Of a stretch of 64,000 bases of DNA, positions 19,217 to 29,400 are shown piece after piece. Below the pieces are notes generated by a model, which did not search any database, was not told the DNA's origin, and saw only the letters and a program-made list of their open reading frames with translations. Within the stretch, counting starts at the first letter, position 1; each line of letters opens with the position of its first letter. Source of the stretch: Candidatus Kryptoniota bacterium (GTDB lineage: Bacteria; Bacteroidota; Ignavibacteria; Kryptoniales; JAKASW01); NCBI GenBank assembly GCA_046706745.1, contig JBJKPC010000076.1:194091-258090 (forward strand), written 5' to 3'. The position numbers were made by a program, and so were the translations under genes.

Positions 19217-19883
19217 TTTGCAGGACTCCGAGAACCGTGCTGCCGCCCAAGGTTTTGTCGCCCACTTTCACTTTCACGTCACAGTTGAGAGGAAGAAGTA
19301 CGTCGACACGGGAACCGAATTTAATCATTCCAAACCTGTCACCGGCATGGACCTTCTGGCCCTCCGATAGGTCACAGACAATCCTCCGCGCGATGAAACC
19401 CGCGATCTGTTTAAACAACAACCGCTGTCCCCTATTTTCAATGCCTATCAGCATCCGTTCATTTCTGTCGCTCGATTTCTCATCGAAAGCGACGATATAC
19501 TCGCCTTTAATGTATTTGAGGAATTTCACCTCTCCGTTCATCGGAATCCTGTTGACATGGACATTGGCCGGGGACATGAAAATGCTTACCAGCTTAGCTC
19601 TGCACCCGAGGAACTCTTTCTCGTCCATCTCGCCCATGAAGATGATTTTGCCGTCGGCGGGCGACATCACCATCTCGTCGCCCGAGAGGGGCGGAATGCG
19701 GTCCGGATCACGAAAGAAATAAACCGTAAACCCCGCAACAAGAAGTGCCAAAATGTCGATGACGATCTTTATGACAATTATCGGGACAAGGAATGAGATG
19801 AGGACAAGGACAATGCACGAAATCAGGACGACCGCTATTACGTCTGATCCGTAACGCGCCAACTTAGGAAACATTTCTGTCAA
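19209..19883 (-). CDS. psd: Phosphatidylserine decarboxylase proenzyme (short form)
   Basis: N-terminal TM helices and the self-cleavage motif FGSRVDVLLP near the C-terminus. Overlaps pssA by 8 nt. Confidence 0.85.
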   Translation of the reverse strand: MTEMFPKLARYGSDVIAVVLISCIVLVLISFLVPIIVIKIVIDILALLVAGFTVYFFRDPDRIPPLSGDEMVMSPADGKIIFMGEMDEKEFLGCRAKLVSIFMSPANVHVNRIPMNGEVKFLKYIKGEYIVAFDEKSSDRNERMLIGIENRGQRLLFKQIAGFIARRIVCDLSEGQKVHAGDRFGMIKFGSRVDVLLPLNCDVKVKVGDKTLGGSTVLGVLQNE

Positions 19884-20602
19884 GCCTTGCGCTTTGCAGA
19901 AGGAAGGATGCGACTATAAACGAGTTGATAGTGTTTTGAAGCTTCCCGCGAGTCTCGCGACGAAGCGATCGAAATTTCTTCGCCCGTTGAATTATCTATT
20001 ACAGTAATGTTCTCCGGCGATATCTCATCACCGAGCATTATCACACCCTTGTACTTCCCAAACTTCATCGTAATATCGACGAGAGTGAAACCTCGTCTCT
20101 CCATGAAACTCTTCATGACGGCATCGATCTTACTGGCAAGTCGATTCATCGTTCTGAATTCGTCAGGCATCACAAGCTGAAGTGCATATAAGTGAGTATC
20201 GTTTACAAAATGCTCCCCGGTTTCATCCTTCAGAAGATATTCGAAAATCGGGAAGTCCAGCCGATGTCTCCCCTTGAAATGCTTGAAACGTTTGGCAAAG
20301 GACTGCGACGCAAGATTTCTTACGGTCACTTCAACCGGAATGACATTCAGACGTTTGATCAGAAGCTCGCTGCCGTTCTGGCTGAAGAAATGCGTCGGTA
20401 TCTGGTAGGTCTCGAGGTAAGCAAATATAAACGCCTGCAACTCGGCGGCGATCTTCGGCCTGTCCTTGATCTTGAAAACCTTCTTCCCGTCAACCCCTAG
20501 CTCCGGTCGAAATTCAGCCAAAAGAATATCGTCCTGAGGGAGCGCATACAAAACCTTCGAACTCCCTTTGGAGAGTATCAGTCTTTTTTCCTTTTTTGCC
20601 AA
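19880..20602 (-). CDS. SAICAR synthetase (PurC)-like protein, divergent
   Basis: Collinear with PurC: GSSKVLY, IPTHF, IPVEVTVRN.A...AKR, LVDITMKFG, LGDEISP. Several PurC substrate-site positions differ (see findings). ATGA overlap with the psd start. Confidence 0.6.
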   Translation of the reverse strand: MAKKEKRLILSKGSSKVLYALPQDDILLAEFRPELGVDGKKVFKIKDRPKIAAELQAFIFAYLETYQIPTHFFSQNGSELLIKRLNVIPVEVTVRNLASQSFAKRFKHFKGRHRLDFPIFEYLLKDETGEHFVNDTHLYALQLVMPDEFRTMNRLASKIDAVMKSFMERRGFTLVDITMKFGKYKGVIMLGDEISPENITVIDNSTGEEISIASSRDSREASKHYQLVYSRILPSAKRKA

Positions 20603-20833
20603 TAAACCTCCGCTGAAATTCGTAAAATAATAACAAAAAGCTTCGGAAAAGTCAAGGCGCTAACTTCTTGATTTTGCGAAACTTATAATATTTTCCGCGG
20701 TGGCGTGATTTCACTAAAAATTTGATGGGATTATCTGTTCAAAAAGGGTCAGAACTGGTCGGATTGGATGCCAAAATGTAGAAAAACTCCACTTCTCGAT
20801 GTGAGAAATGTTGCCGAAATACAGATTCTTCGG

Positions 20834-21568
20834 TCAATCTGCGAGCGCGGCGGAATCCACCCAGAATTTCAGTCGTCCGGTTGCGGGCACTATCCCTTTT
20901 GCGGGATAAGTATGAAAGTCGCTTTCGTCACTAATGACTTTCCTGAGAGATGCATTCTTGTCACTACCACTCACAAGGAAGTAAACGACGGACGACTTGT
21001 TCAAGACGGGATATGTCAACGAGATGCGCTTCGACGGTGAGGCCGGAACTTCAACTGACAGCGCCCATCGCTGCCTCTCATCAAGCGCAGAATGCCCCGG
21101 GAAAAGAGATGCAGTATGACCTTCTTTTCCCATCCCCAGGAGCAGGAGGTCAAAGGTATTCTCTCCTTCACCAAAGGTACGGCGAAGCTCGGCTTCATAA
21201 GTCTCCGCTGCTTTTTCGGGATCCGGGAGAGCTGTCGGGATAGGATGAATATTCTCCGGGGGTACCGGAACGAAATTTAACAGAGTCTCCTTTGCCATTA
21301 GGTAGTTGCTCCGCTTGTCGGTATAGGGTACGTAACGCTCGTCTCCGAAGAATACCGACACATTTTCCCAGGGGACATTGTCCCTGTATCGCGTGGCGAG
21401 CAGACGGTGGAGCGTCCGTGGGGTGTTTCCGCCGGAAAGGGCAATTGTGAAGTGCCCATTCCGAGAGACGGTGTCGACTGCATAAGCGACCATTTCTGAG
21501 GCCGCGGCTTCGCTAAGTTCGTCGAGATTCCGGAATTTCTTTACTTCCGTCATCAGATCGTCGACCAC
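20834..21568 (-). CDS. pgl: 6-phosphogluconolactonase
   Basis: FTIALSGGNTPRTLHRLLA...FFGDERYVP...FDLLLLGMGKEGHTASLFPG. Confidence 0.9.
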   Translation of the reverse strand: MVDDLMTEVKKFRNLDELSEAAASEMVAYAVDTVSRNGHFTIALSGGNTPRTLHRLLATRYRDNVPWENVSVFFGDERYVPYTDKRSNYLMAKETLLNFVPVPPENIHPIPTALPDPEKAAETYEAELRRTFGEGENTFDLLLLGMGKEGHTASLFPGHSALDERQRWALSVEVPASPSKRISLTYPVLNKSSVVYFLVSGSDKNASLRKVISDESDFHTYPAKGIVPATGRLKFWVDSAALAD

Positions 21569-22995
21569 CTTTCGCCTTCAAGCAGCCGTTCGGCTTCAAC
21601 GGGTCCCCATGTCCCCGATGCATACTTATGGACGTCGAAGTTTTGCGATAGCAGCGGGGTATACAGTTCCCATGAAGTCTCTACCTCATCGGACCTTACA
21701 AACAGCGTCTGGTCGCCTTTCAACACATCCAGGAGAAGCGTTTCATACGCATCCGGAATTCTACCGAATACTTCCCCATACTGAAAATGGAGCCTCTGGG
21801 TCGAAAGCTTGTAAGAATCCCCGGGTTCTTTCACTTTAAAAGAGAGATCGAAGCCTTCGTTAGGCTGCAGCGTCATGATGAGTTTGTTCGGCTGGATGTC
21901 ATGTATGGAGAACTGCCGGAATATGGATACAGGGGGACGCCGGAATGTAATCGCTACTTCCGTAATTCCTTTGTACATTCGCTTTCCCGTACGCAAAACG
22001 AACGGGACTCCTTGCCAGCGCCAGTTTGAGATGTTGAGCTTCAGGGCCACGTACGTTTCAGTCTTCGAGTCGGGGCTTACTCTCTCTTCCTCGAGATAAC
22101 CCTCGACTTCGTTTCCCTGCACCGCGCCGCGCGTGTATTGCCCGAACACGACATTTTGCGGCGATATCGGGGAAATTGCCTTCAGTACCTTAACCTTTTC
22201 ATGACGCACTGCATCGGCTTCGAGCGCAGTGGGAATCTCCATCGCGGTTAACGTGGTAATCTGGGTCAGATGGTTTTGAATCATATCGCGCAACGCGCCG
22301 ACTCGATCGTAATAACCGCCCCTGTGCTCAGCACCTACTGTCTCCGCGACCGTGATCTCTACCCTCTCGATCCTGTCCCGGTTCCATAGTGACTCGAACA
22401 TCGCATTGCTGAATCGAAACGCGATTAGATTCTGCACTGTCTCCTTTCCGAGATAATGGTCGATACGGTAAATCTGAGATTCGTCGAAATACTTATGGAC
22501 CAAATCGTTTAAATTGCGCGCCGAGTCGAGATCCTGCCCGAAGGGTTTTTCAACGACCAGTTTGACCTTGCCTTTGCTCTTATTCAATCCCACCTCGCCG
22601 ATATTCTTTATGGCACCGGGAAAAACCGATGGCGGTACGGCAAGGTAGAAGACCCGATTCCCCGTGAAATTTGTCTGTTCCTCCAGCTCTTTGATCCGGT
22701 CAGCCAGTGTTTTGTACTCTTCCACCGAACCGCCTCCCACAGAGTGGTAGTAAGCCCAGTCGAATGATTCCCCGCCTACCCTTGCATCGATCCCTTCATC
22801 TTCGGCCGAACGAGCTACGAAGTCTCGGTAGGTCTCGTCGTTGTGTTTCTTCCCTGTGCCGGCCCCGATCAGCAGAAAGTTGGAGAGGTGCTTATCACGC
22901 AGTCGGCAAATGGCAGGAAGGAGCTTTCTCCTCGCCAGGTCTCCAGTCCCACCTACGATTACGAGAAGATAGGGAGGGATATTTCTGTCATTCAT
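21553..22995 (-). CDS. zwf: Glucose-6-phosphate 1-dehydrogenase
   Basis: VIVGGTGDLARRKLLPA, active-site RIDHYLGKE, NHLTQI. Confidence 0.95.
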   Translation of the reverse strand: MNDRNIPPYLLVIVGGTGDLARRKLLPAICRLRDKHLSNFLLIGAGTGKKHNDETYRDFVARSAEDEGIDARVGGESFDWAYYHSVGGGSVEEYKTLADRIKELEEQTNFTGNRVFYLAVPPSVFPGAIKNIGEVGLNKSKGKVKLVVEKPFGQDLDSARNLNDLVHKYFDESQIYRIDHYLGKETVQNLIAFRFSNAMFESLWNRDRIERVEITVAETVGAEHRGGYYDRVGALRDMIQNHLTQITTLTAMEIPTALEADAVRHEKVKVLKAISPISPQNVVFGQYTRGAVQGNEVEGYLEEERVSPDSKTETYVALKLNISNWRWQGVPFVLRTGKRMYKGITEVAITFRRPPVSIFRQFSIHDIQPNKLIMTLQPNEGFDLSFKVKEPGDSYKLSTQRLHFQYGEVFGRIPDAYETLLLDVLKGDQTLFVRSDEVETSWELYTPLLSQNFDVHKYASGTWGPVEAERLLEGERWSTI

Positions 22996-22996
22996 G

Positions 22997-23905
22997 TCAA
23001 ATCCCTTCCTTTACTGCGTGTCCGCCGAACTCATGCCTCATCATCGCCAGGAGACGCCCGCCGAACTCAACCGTATCCTGGCTCGAGAATCTCTCGTAAA
23101 GTGACTGAGTGATCACCGGCAGTGAGACCCCCAGCTCAATTGCCTCAAGGGCGGTCCAGCGACCTTCGCCAGAATCTGCGACGTACGGCGCGACCTTACT
23201 TAGATCCTGATCCGACTTCAATGCGTCCGACGTCAGATCGAGGAGCCAACTCCTGATAACGCTCCCGAATCTCCAAATCTCCGCGACCTGGTGAAGGTCG
23301 AGTTCAAACTCCTCCTTTTTCTTCAGGAGCTCAAAGCCTTCCGCGTAAGCCTCCATGAGGCCGTACTCGATTCCATTGTGCACCATCTTGACGAAATGCC
23401 CGGCACCGCAGGGCCCGACGTGCCCCCATCCCTCTACCTTCCCGGGGGCAAGTGTCTCGAAGATTGGCCTTACGTGTTCAACCGCCTTGTCATCGCCACC
23501 GATCATCATACTATAGCCTTCTTTCAACCCCCAAATACCTCCGCTCACACCGGCGTCAATCATGCTGATGCCGTGGTCGGCCAGCTTTTTCGACCGCCGA
23601 AGGGAATCCTTATAGTATGAATTGCCGCCGTCGATCAGTATATCGCCTTTCCTGAGCTTAGGTATTAGCATGTCGATGGTATCGTCGACTGGTTTGCCGG
23701 CAGGAACCATGATCCAGACGATTTTCGGCGTTTCGAGCTTTGCGATCAAATCGTCCACGGAAGTCGCGCCTTCGTTCCCGTCTTCCGTTATCTTGCTGAC
23801 GGCCTGACTGTCTCTGTCGAACCCGACGACTTTATGTCCGCCTAAAAGGAGCCTTTTTGCCATATTGGCTCCCATTTTACCCAGTCCAATCATTCCTATT
23901 TTCAA
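22997..23905 (-). CDS. gnd: 6-phosphogluconate dehydrogenase, decarboxylating (short ~300-aa form)
   Basis: MKIGMIGLGKMGANMAKRLL...GGNSYYKDS...GVSGG..G...HFVKMVHNGIEYG. Confidence 0.9.
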   Translation of the reverse strand: MKIGMIGLGKMGANMAKRLLLGGHKVVGFDRDSQAVSKITEDGNEGATSVDDLIAKLETPKIVWIMVPAGKPVDDTIDMLIPKLRKGDILIDGGNSYYKDSLRRSKKLADHGISMIDAGVSGGIWGLKEGYSMMIGGDDKAVEHVRPIFETLAPGKVEGWGHVGPCGAGHFVKMVHNGIEYGLMEAYAEGFELLKKKEEFELDLHQVAEIWRFGSVIRSWLLDLTSDALKSDQDLSKVAPYVADSGEGRWTALEAIELGVSLPVITQSLYERFSSQDTVEFGGRLLAMMRHEFGGHAVKEGI

Positions 23906-23916
23906 GTAATTTCTCC

Positions 23917-26304
23917 TTATTCGATCGAAACCGAAAAATTCGTTCCTTCCCAGTTCTCAGACTCCCTCCAATAGAATGTAAACAAAATTTCACGCCCTTC
24001 GTTCGCTTTCGAAACGTCGATATCTGCACAGTACATTCCGAGTCCTGTATCATAAGTTGGGGTATCGTGTACGCTGTTCCAATTGTCTTCCGACCAATGG
24101 ATCACCGCCCCGGCAAGAGTCTCTATTCTCAGCTTCAATCCCTTTTTCATGGATCTGATTTTGTGATTGAATCTCCATGACGCGTAAGCGGATGGATGTT
24201 CTTCTTTTATATACCTTTGAACGGTCTGCGGCGGCATGTCGAATACCGCTCTTTCCTCCAGGGATCTTACAAGTTTTACGTATTCGGCGTGCGCCCAAAC
24301 GAGCGGCATTGCGGAGCCCGACGGCTTTCCGAATAGCAACTCCTTCTCGGGGATGTCGGATGAATCCCAGACCTGTTCGGGGATAAGCCCGCCGTCTCCG
24401 GCGAAAGTCTCCATCGTCTCAAGGAGCTTGCGGGCCGCCTCGATATGTCCACCGGCAAGTTCGTAATGGGCGCGTTCCCCCGTCAGCAGCGGCCAGGCCC
24501 TTCCGATCCCGGTCCCGTCGAACGGGCTGCCATCTTCATGTTCGCCGTACCCGTCGTCGTTGTATCTGTGCCACGATGGCCCGGTGGGCGTGCCCACGCG
24601 CAGGAGCCCATCGATCACCTTGATCGTGTTCAGGATCCTCGGATCTTCCGCTTCCCTAAGCCCGAGTCTCACGAGCGCCAGAGCGTCAGGGCTTATGATG
24701 TGCGTCGCTTTGATGTTTGTATCAGCAGGAGGACGGTTCTTTATGGGTACGTATCCGTCCTTGGGCGAGCCGGATTCGGCAATGTCGATTGGAGATATTC
24801 GGACATAATAGCCGTCCACCCCAACCTCGCGAGCGATCCTCGTGTTCGAAACGTATATCCATCTCTCAATGCTTGAATTCCAAATATCGGCGGTCTCAAG
24901 CAGATAGTCTGCAAGGGATCCATCGTCAAATTTCCTAGCGAAAGATGCTGCGACGACCAACCCGGCAACTTCTGCGGCGAGAGTGAACGGGGTGTAACCG
25001 GGATCCTCCTCCCATCGGTCCTGTTGGCTGACAGGGCCGTTTCTAACGACGAAACCCGCGGCCCGTCTTATCATCGGCCAGAACCTTCTGAGGTCACCGG
25101 ATGTAATCGCACCTTTCCTGAAAGCCAGGTCAACGAGTAGAATGGGAAGCGCCGATTCATCAAGCTGGATTCCGCCCCAGTATGGTCTGCCGTCCATCCA
25201 CATATTCTGCGGCCAGTGGCCGTCGCTTTCCTGCGTCGCTTCCAGATAGGTGAGGGCCTGCCTGACTTCATCCTTCGCGCCGGCAGCCAGAAAAGCTCCT
25301 CCCGCTTCAACCATGTCACGTGGCCAGACCAGGTGATAGCCACCGAGATCATCGTCCCCCTTCGAAAAGCCCCATGGGATGGAAAGGCTCGCAATTATTC
25401 CGCCCGGCATATAGACACCGAGATGTGACTTCAATACCACCTTGCTGATTCCGTACAACGATGCATTCGATTTCGGCGACCAGTTCGACTTGTTCCAACC
25501 GTTCCAGAATTTCACATACCGTTCGGCAGAACTGTCGAAGCCATCATAGACAGAAGCGAGCGCATGATGCGCAGCTTCGTCAGGAGTGCGGCCGAATCCA
25601 AGGGAGAGAAGAAATTCGCCTTCAGTCGATGACATGTCGATCTCGGCAGTCAACGCGACGTTGCCGTTTTCAGCTCTTTCATAGATGGCCGTCAATCTCT
25701 TGTTCACTTTCAAATCCTGCCAGCCGTCAGAACTCCCGACGAAGCCAGCAGTTGCCTCTTTGAACGGGACGGAGGCGATCATCGCAAGCGCATAACCATC
25801 GCGGGAGGCCGCAAGTGCGAGCCTGCCCTTGAATTCACCCACCAAACCCGTGTTTCCTGCTCCGTGATTCGCCACGTGAGGAGACAGAATGACATAGACC
25901 CTGTAATCCGAAAGTTTACCGACAAGAGCTGTGAACTTCACCCGCTGCAAAACCACAGGTCGGCGCGGGTCTGTCAGAATGCTTTTCTCTATCGTGTATC
26001 GGTTTGACAAGCATCTGTTTTCGAGGACATATGCCGGGACATCGGGCCTCATGAAGGCAACCGAGTGTTTGGCATCTCTCTTCTCTTCAGAGAAAAATTC
26101 CGATCCGTCTGTGATTATCAGCTCCGAATCTCTGATCATCGCCTGATCCATTCGGGGATAATACACTTCGTTCAGAATGCCGTGTGATATCGTAAACCAT
26201 ACCGGACTGACGCCGGTGTAGGCGAAACCTATTCCATTTTTTGCGCTCGAGGTCCAGCGAGCGGGTATTCCCGGCCATCCAGGAGCGATCGTTTGGCGTG
26301 ACAT
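23917..26304 (-). CDS. GH15 glucoamylase / glucodextranase-like glycoside hydrolase
   Basis: 795 aa. N-terminal beta-sandwich, then an (alpha/alpha)6 domain with GYHLVWPRDMVEAGGAFLAAG and WEEDPG (GH15 catalytic region). Possible C-terminal carbohydrate-binding-like domain. Confidence 0.8.
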   Translation of the reverse strand: MSRQTIAPGWPGIPARWTSSAKNGIGFAYTGVSPVWFTISHGILNEVYYPRMDQAMIRDSELIITDGSEFFSEEKRDAKHSVAFMRPDVPAYVLENRCLSNRYTIEKSILTDPRRPVVLQRVKFTALVGKLSDYRVYVILSPHVANHGAGNTGLVGEFKGRLALAASRDGYALAMIASVPFKEATAGFVGSSDGWQDLKVNKRLTAIYERAENGNVALTAEIDMSSTEGEFLLSLGFGRTPDEAAHHALASVYDGFDSSAERYVKFWNGWNKSNWSPKSNASLYGISKVVLKSHLGVYMPGGIIASLSIPWGFSKGDDDLGGYHLVWPRDMVEAGGAFLAAGAKDEVRQALTYLEATQESDGHWPQNMWMDGRPYWGGIQLDESALPILLVDLAFRKGAITSGDLRRFWPMIRRAAGFVVRNGPVSQQDRWEEDPGYTPFTLAAEVAGLVVAASFARKFDDGSLADYLLETADIWNSSIERWIYVSNTRIAREVGVDGYYVRISPIDIAESGSPKDGYVPIKNRPPADTNIKATHIISPDALALVRLGLREAEDPRILNTIKVIDGLLRVGTPTGPSWHRYNDDGYGEHEDGSPFDGTGIGRAWPLLTGERAHYELAGGHIEAARKLLETMETFAGDGGLIPEQVWDSSDIPEKELLFGKPSGSAMPLVWAHAEYVKLVRSLEERAVFDMPPQTVQRYIKEEHPSAYASWRFNHKIRSMKKGLKLRIETLAGAVIHWSEDNWNSVHDTPTYDTGLGMYCADIDVSKANEGREILFTFYWRESENWEGTNFSVSIE

Positions 26305-26479
26305 AGTAATAATTTTCCTCTCTCTTTCCGCTGCTCCATTTTATCATACGGGATGGTCATTGGCAAGGAAGGCAGTGTGAAAACCAGATTAAAGTCTTTT
26401 CATGGGGTATTGCGTGAAGTGACGATTCTCGAAATGCCGACGCGGGACGAGACTGGTCGACGCAAGACCGCTTCTTGCG

Positions 26480-29400
26480 TCAGTCAGTCTTGCGATCGAG
26501 TATCTTTCTGACTTTGTCGGACAATTCGAATGCAGTGAAAGGCTTTTGCAGGAATTCCACCTTGTCGTCCAGGATGAAACTGTGGTGGACAGTAGTATCC
26601 GTATATCCGCTTATGAACAAGAATTTTTGTCCGGGACGCAGACCGTCAACAGCTTCTTTGAGTTCCTTGCCGCTCAATTTCGGCATAACGATATCCGATA
26701 TTACGAGCGAAATAGCCTGAACGTGCTGTTCGAAGACTCTTATACCGTCCTCACCTTCGCGAGCAGTGAGCACCGTGTAGCCGCTTTCTGAAAGCAGCGT
26801 ATCCATAAACTCACGCAGCTCGTCGTTGTCCTCGACCACGAGGATAGTCTCCTCACCCTTACTCAGATCTTTTAGACTTCCGCCTTGTGAGATCTCTTTG
26901 TCGACGGGTTTATTGACTGCGGGGAAGTAGACCTTGAACGTGGAGCCCCTCCCGACTTCGCTGTAGACATTTATCGTACCCCCGTGCTGCCTTATGATGC
27001 CGTGTACAACCGAAAGTCCCAATCCGGTTCCCTTCCCTATCTCTTTTGTAGTAAAGAAAGGCTCGAATATCCGCTCCAACACGGAAGCATCGATGCCGGC
27101 TCCAGTATCGCTGACTGCTATCTGAACATATTCTCCAGGTTTCACATTCGGATGAGACTTGCAGTAGAACTCGTCAAGGACAACATTGTTTGTTTCTATT
27201 GTAAGCGTTCCCCCGTGCGGCATGGCGTCGCCCGCATTTACGGCCAGGTTCAGGATAACCTGTTCCACCTGTGAGGGGTCAGCAAGTATTGTGCTCAAGT
27301 CGGGATTCGGCACAAATCTTAATTCGATCTGCTCACCGAGGACTCTTTCCAGCAATTCCAGGAGTTCACTCAGAAGTCCATTCACATCGAGGCTCTTAGG
27401 CATGAGTATCTGCCTGCGCGCGAACGCGAGGAGCTGCTTTGTGATTTTCGCCGCCCTGTCGGCAAGGCCATATATTCTGAGGAGGTAATTATTGACCGGA
27501 TGATCATCCCCGATCTTGGCAAGCGCAAGTTCGGTGAAGCCGATAATTCCGCCGAGGACGTTATTGAAATCGTGCGCTATCCCGCTTGTGAGTTGTCCGA
27601 GGCTTTCGAGCTTCTGCGATTGGAGAAGCTGCTCCTCGAGTTTTTTCTTCTCGGTAACATCCCTCAAAATACCGCGATATGCGACCACCTTCCCGTCGGA
27701 GTCACGCAGAACAGTGGCAGTGTCCTGTACTGTCAGCCGAGTTCCGTCTCTTCGCTTCACTGTTATTATTTTGTCGCGTATGAAACCATCCGCTTCCAGC
27801 CCCCGGTTAACCTCCTCGCGTTCCAGTGGGTTGTCGTAGAGCATATTGACGTTTTCAAGCGCCAGCATCTCTTCTTTCGATTCAAACCCGAATAACTTAA
27901 TGCCGGCACCGTTAATATCAACGAACTTACCCGCCGGAGTCGTTACGTAGATAGCATCGATGGATTCCTCGAATAGAGTCCTGTACCTTTCTTCGGAACG
28001 CCGAAGCAACTCTTCAGCGAGTTTCCTTTCGGTGATGTCTTCCAGCGTGCCTATGACGGCAGGGGCACCGTAAAACATCGTGCGCGATCCCAACACCTCG
28101 ACGCGAATTTTCCTTCCTGTTTTTGTCAGGCAACTGAAGTCATATTTGAGGGACTCGATCTCGCGGTCGACCCTTTTTCGAATATTCTCCCCCACAAGCG
28201 GGCGGTCTTCCTCTACGACAACATCAAGCACAGAAGACATCGTCAGAAGTTCTCTCTCGGTATAGCCATATATCTTCGCCATTGCCGGGTTAACGTAGAC
28301 GAATCTGCCGTCCTGGATGATGTATACGCCGACCAGGGACGTTTCGACGAGCGTGCGGAATTTCTCTTCACTTTCGCGAACGGTCGCCTCGGCTCTGGTC
28401 ATATCTGCAATGAGCTTCGCATTCTCCAGAGCGACTGCCGCGCTTGCCGCCAAGCCTTCGAGCATTTCGATATCATCGTCGGTAAAATCCGCTCCACCTT
28501 TGCGGTTGTGTATCGCAAAAGCACCAAGTACATCACCGTCCCGGCTCAGGATCGGTACATCTATGAGGTTGTAAATGCCGAAATTCTCGTGCAACTCCCT
28601 GTTTACCAACGGGTCTTTCTGCGAGTCATTGCTGATCCTTGAACGCTTGCTTGCTACCACACTGCCCGGAGTACCTTCCCCGGGGGCGAAGTGAACATCG
28701 ATCGGAGCGAATTTTCCCGATCTGTAGTATTCTCTGAAACTTAGGACGCCGTTTTCCAACAGCCCCACCGTGCCTGCCGTTGCACCTACCAGCTCGACCC
28801 CTGATATGACAAGCGTCCGCAGGATTTCCTCCACGTTCAAAACGGAGTTAATTTTCACCGTCGCCCTGGAAAGAATCTTCAACTGCCTATTCCGCTCACC
28901 TATAGCTTCTTCAGCTTTCTTCCGCTCTGTCAAGTCCCTGGCGGTCGAGAGAATCACCGGTTTGCCGGCAAACATGACAGTTTTGCTGCGGACTTCAACC
29001 GGGATGCGAGTACCGTCCTTCTTCATGTGCACGGATTCAAAAGTCACTGTCTTATCGCGGATCACCTGCTCCACGCGGTTCTCGGTTGTCCCGATCATTT
29101 CGGGTGCAAGAATTTTTGCTACAGGCTGACCGATTATTTCCTCCCTGGCATAGCCGAGCTTTTCACAACCCGCCTCGTTAACCTGCATGAATCTTCCGTT
29201 CTCGTCCATCATGAAGAAACCGTCTGCCAAACTTTCGAACAGAAAACGGTAGCGATTCTCGCTGGCCACGAGGGCCTCATTGGCAGCCGTTATTTCCGTC
29301 AAATCGACGAGAATCCCCCTGAGCCCGACGACCCGCGAGTCCCTGAGTATCGTGCTCGTTGAGACCAGGGCAGGGAATGTATATCCATCCTTCCCCATCG

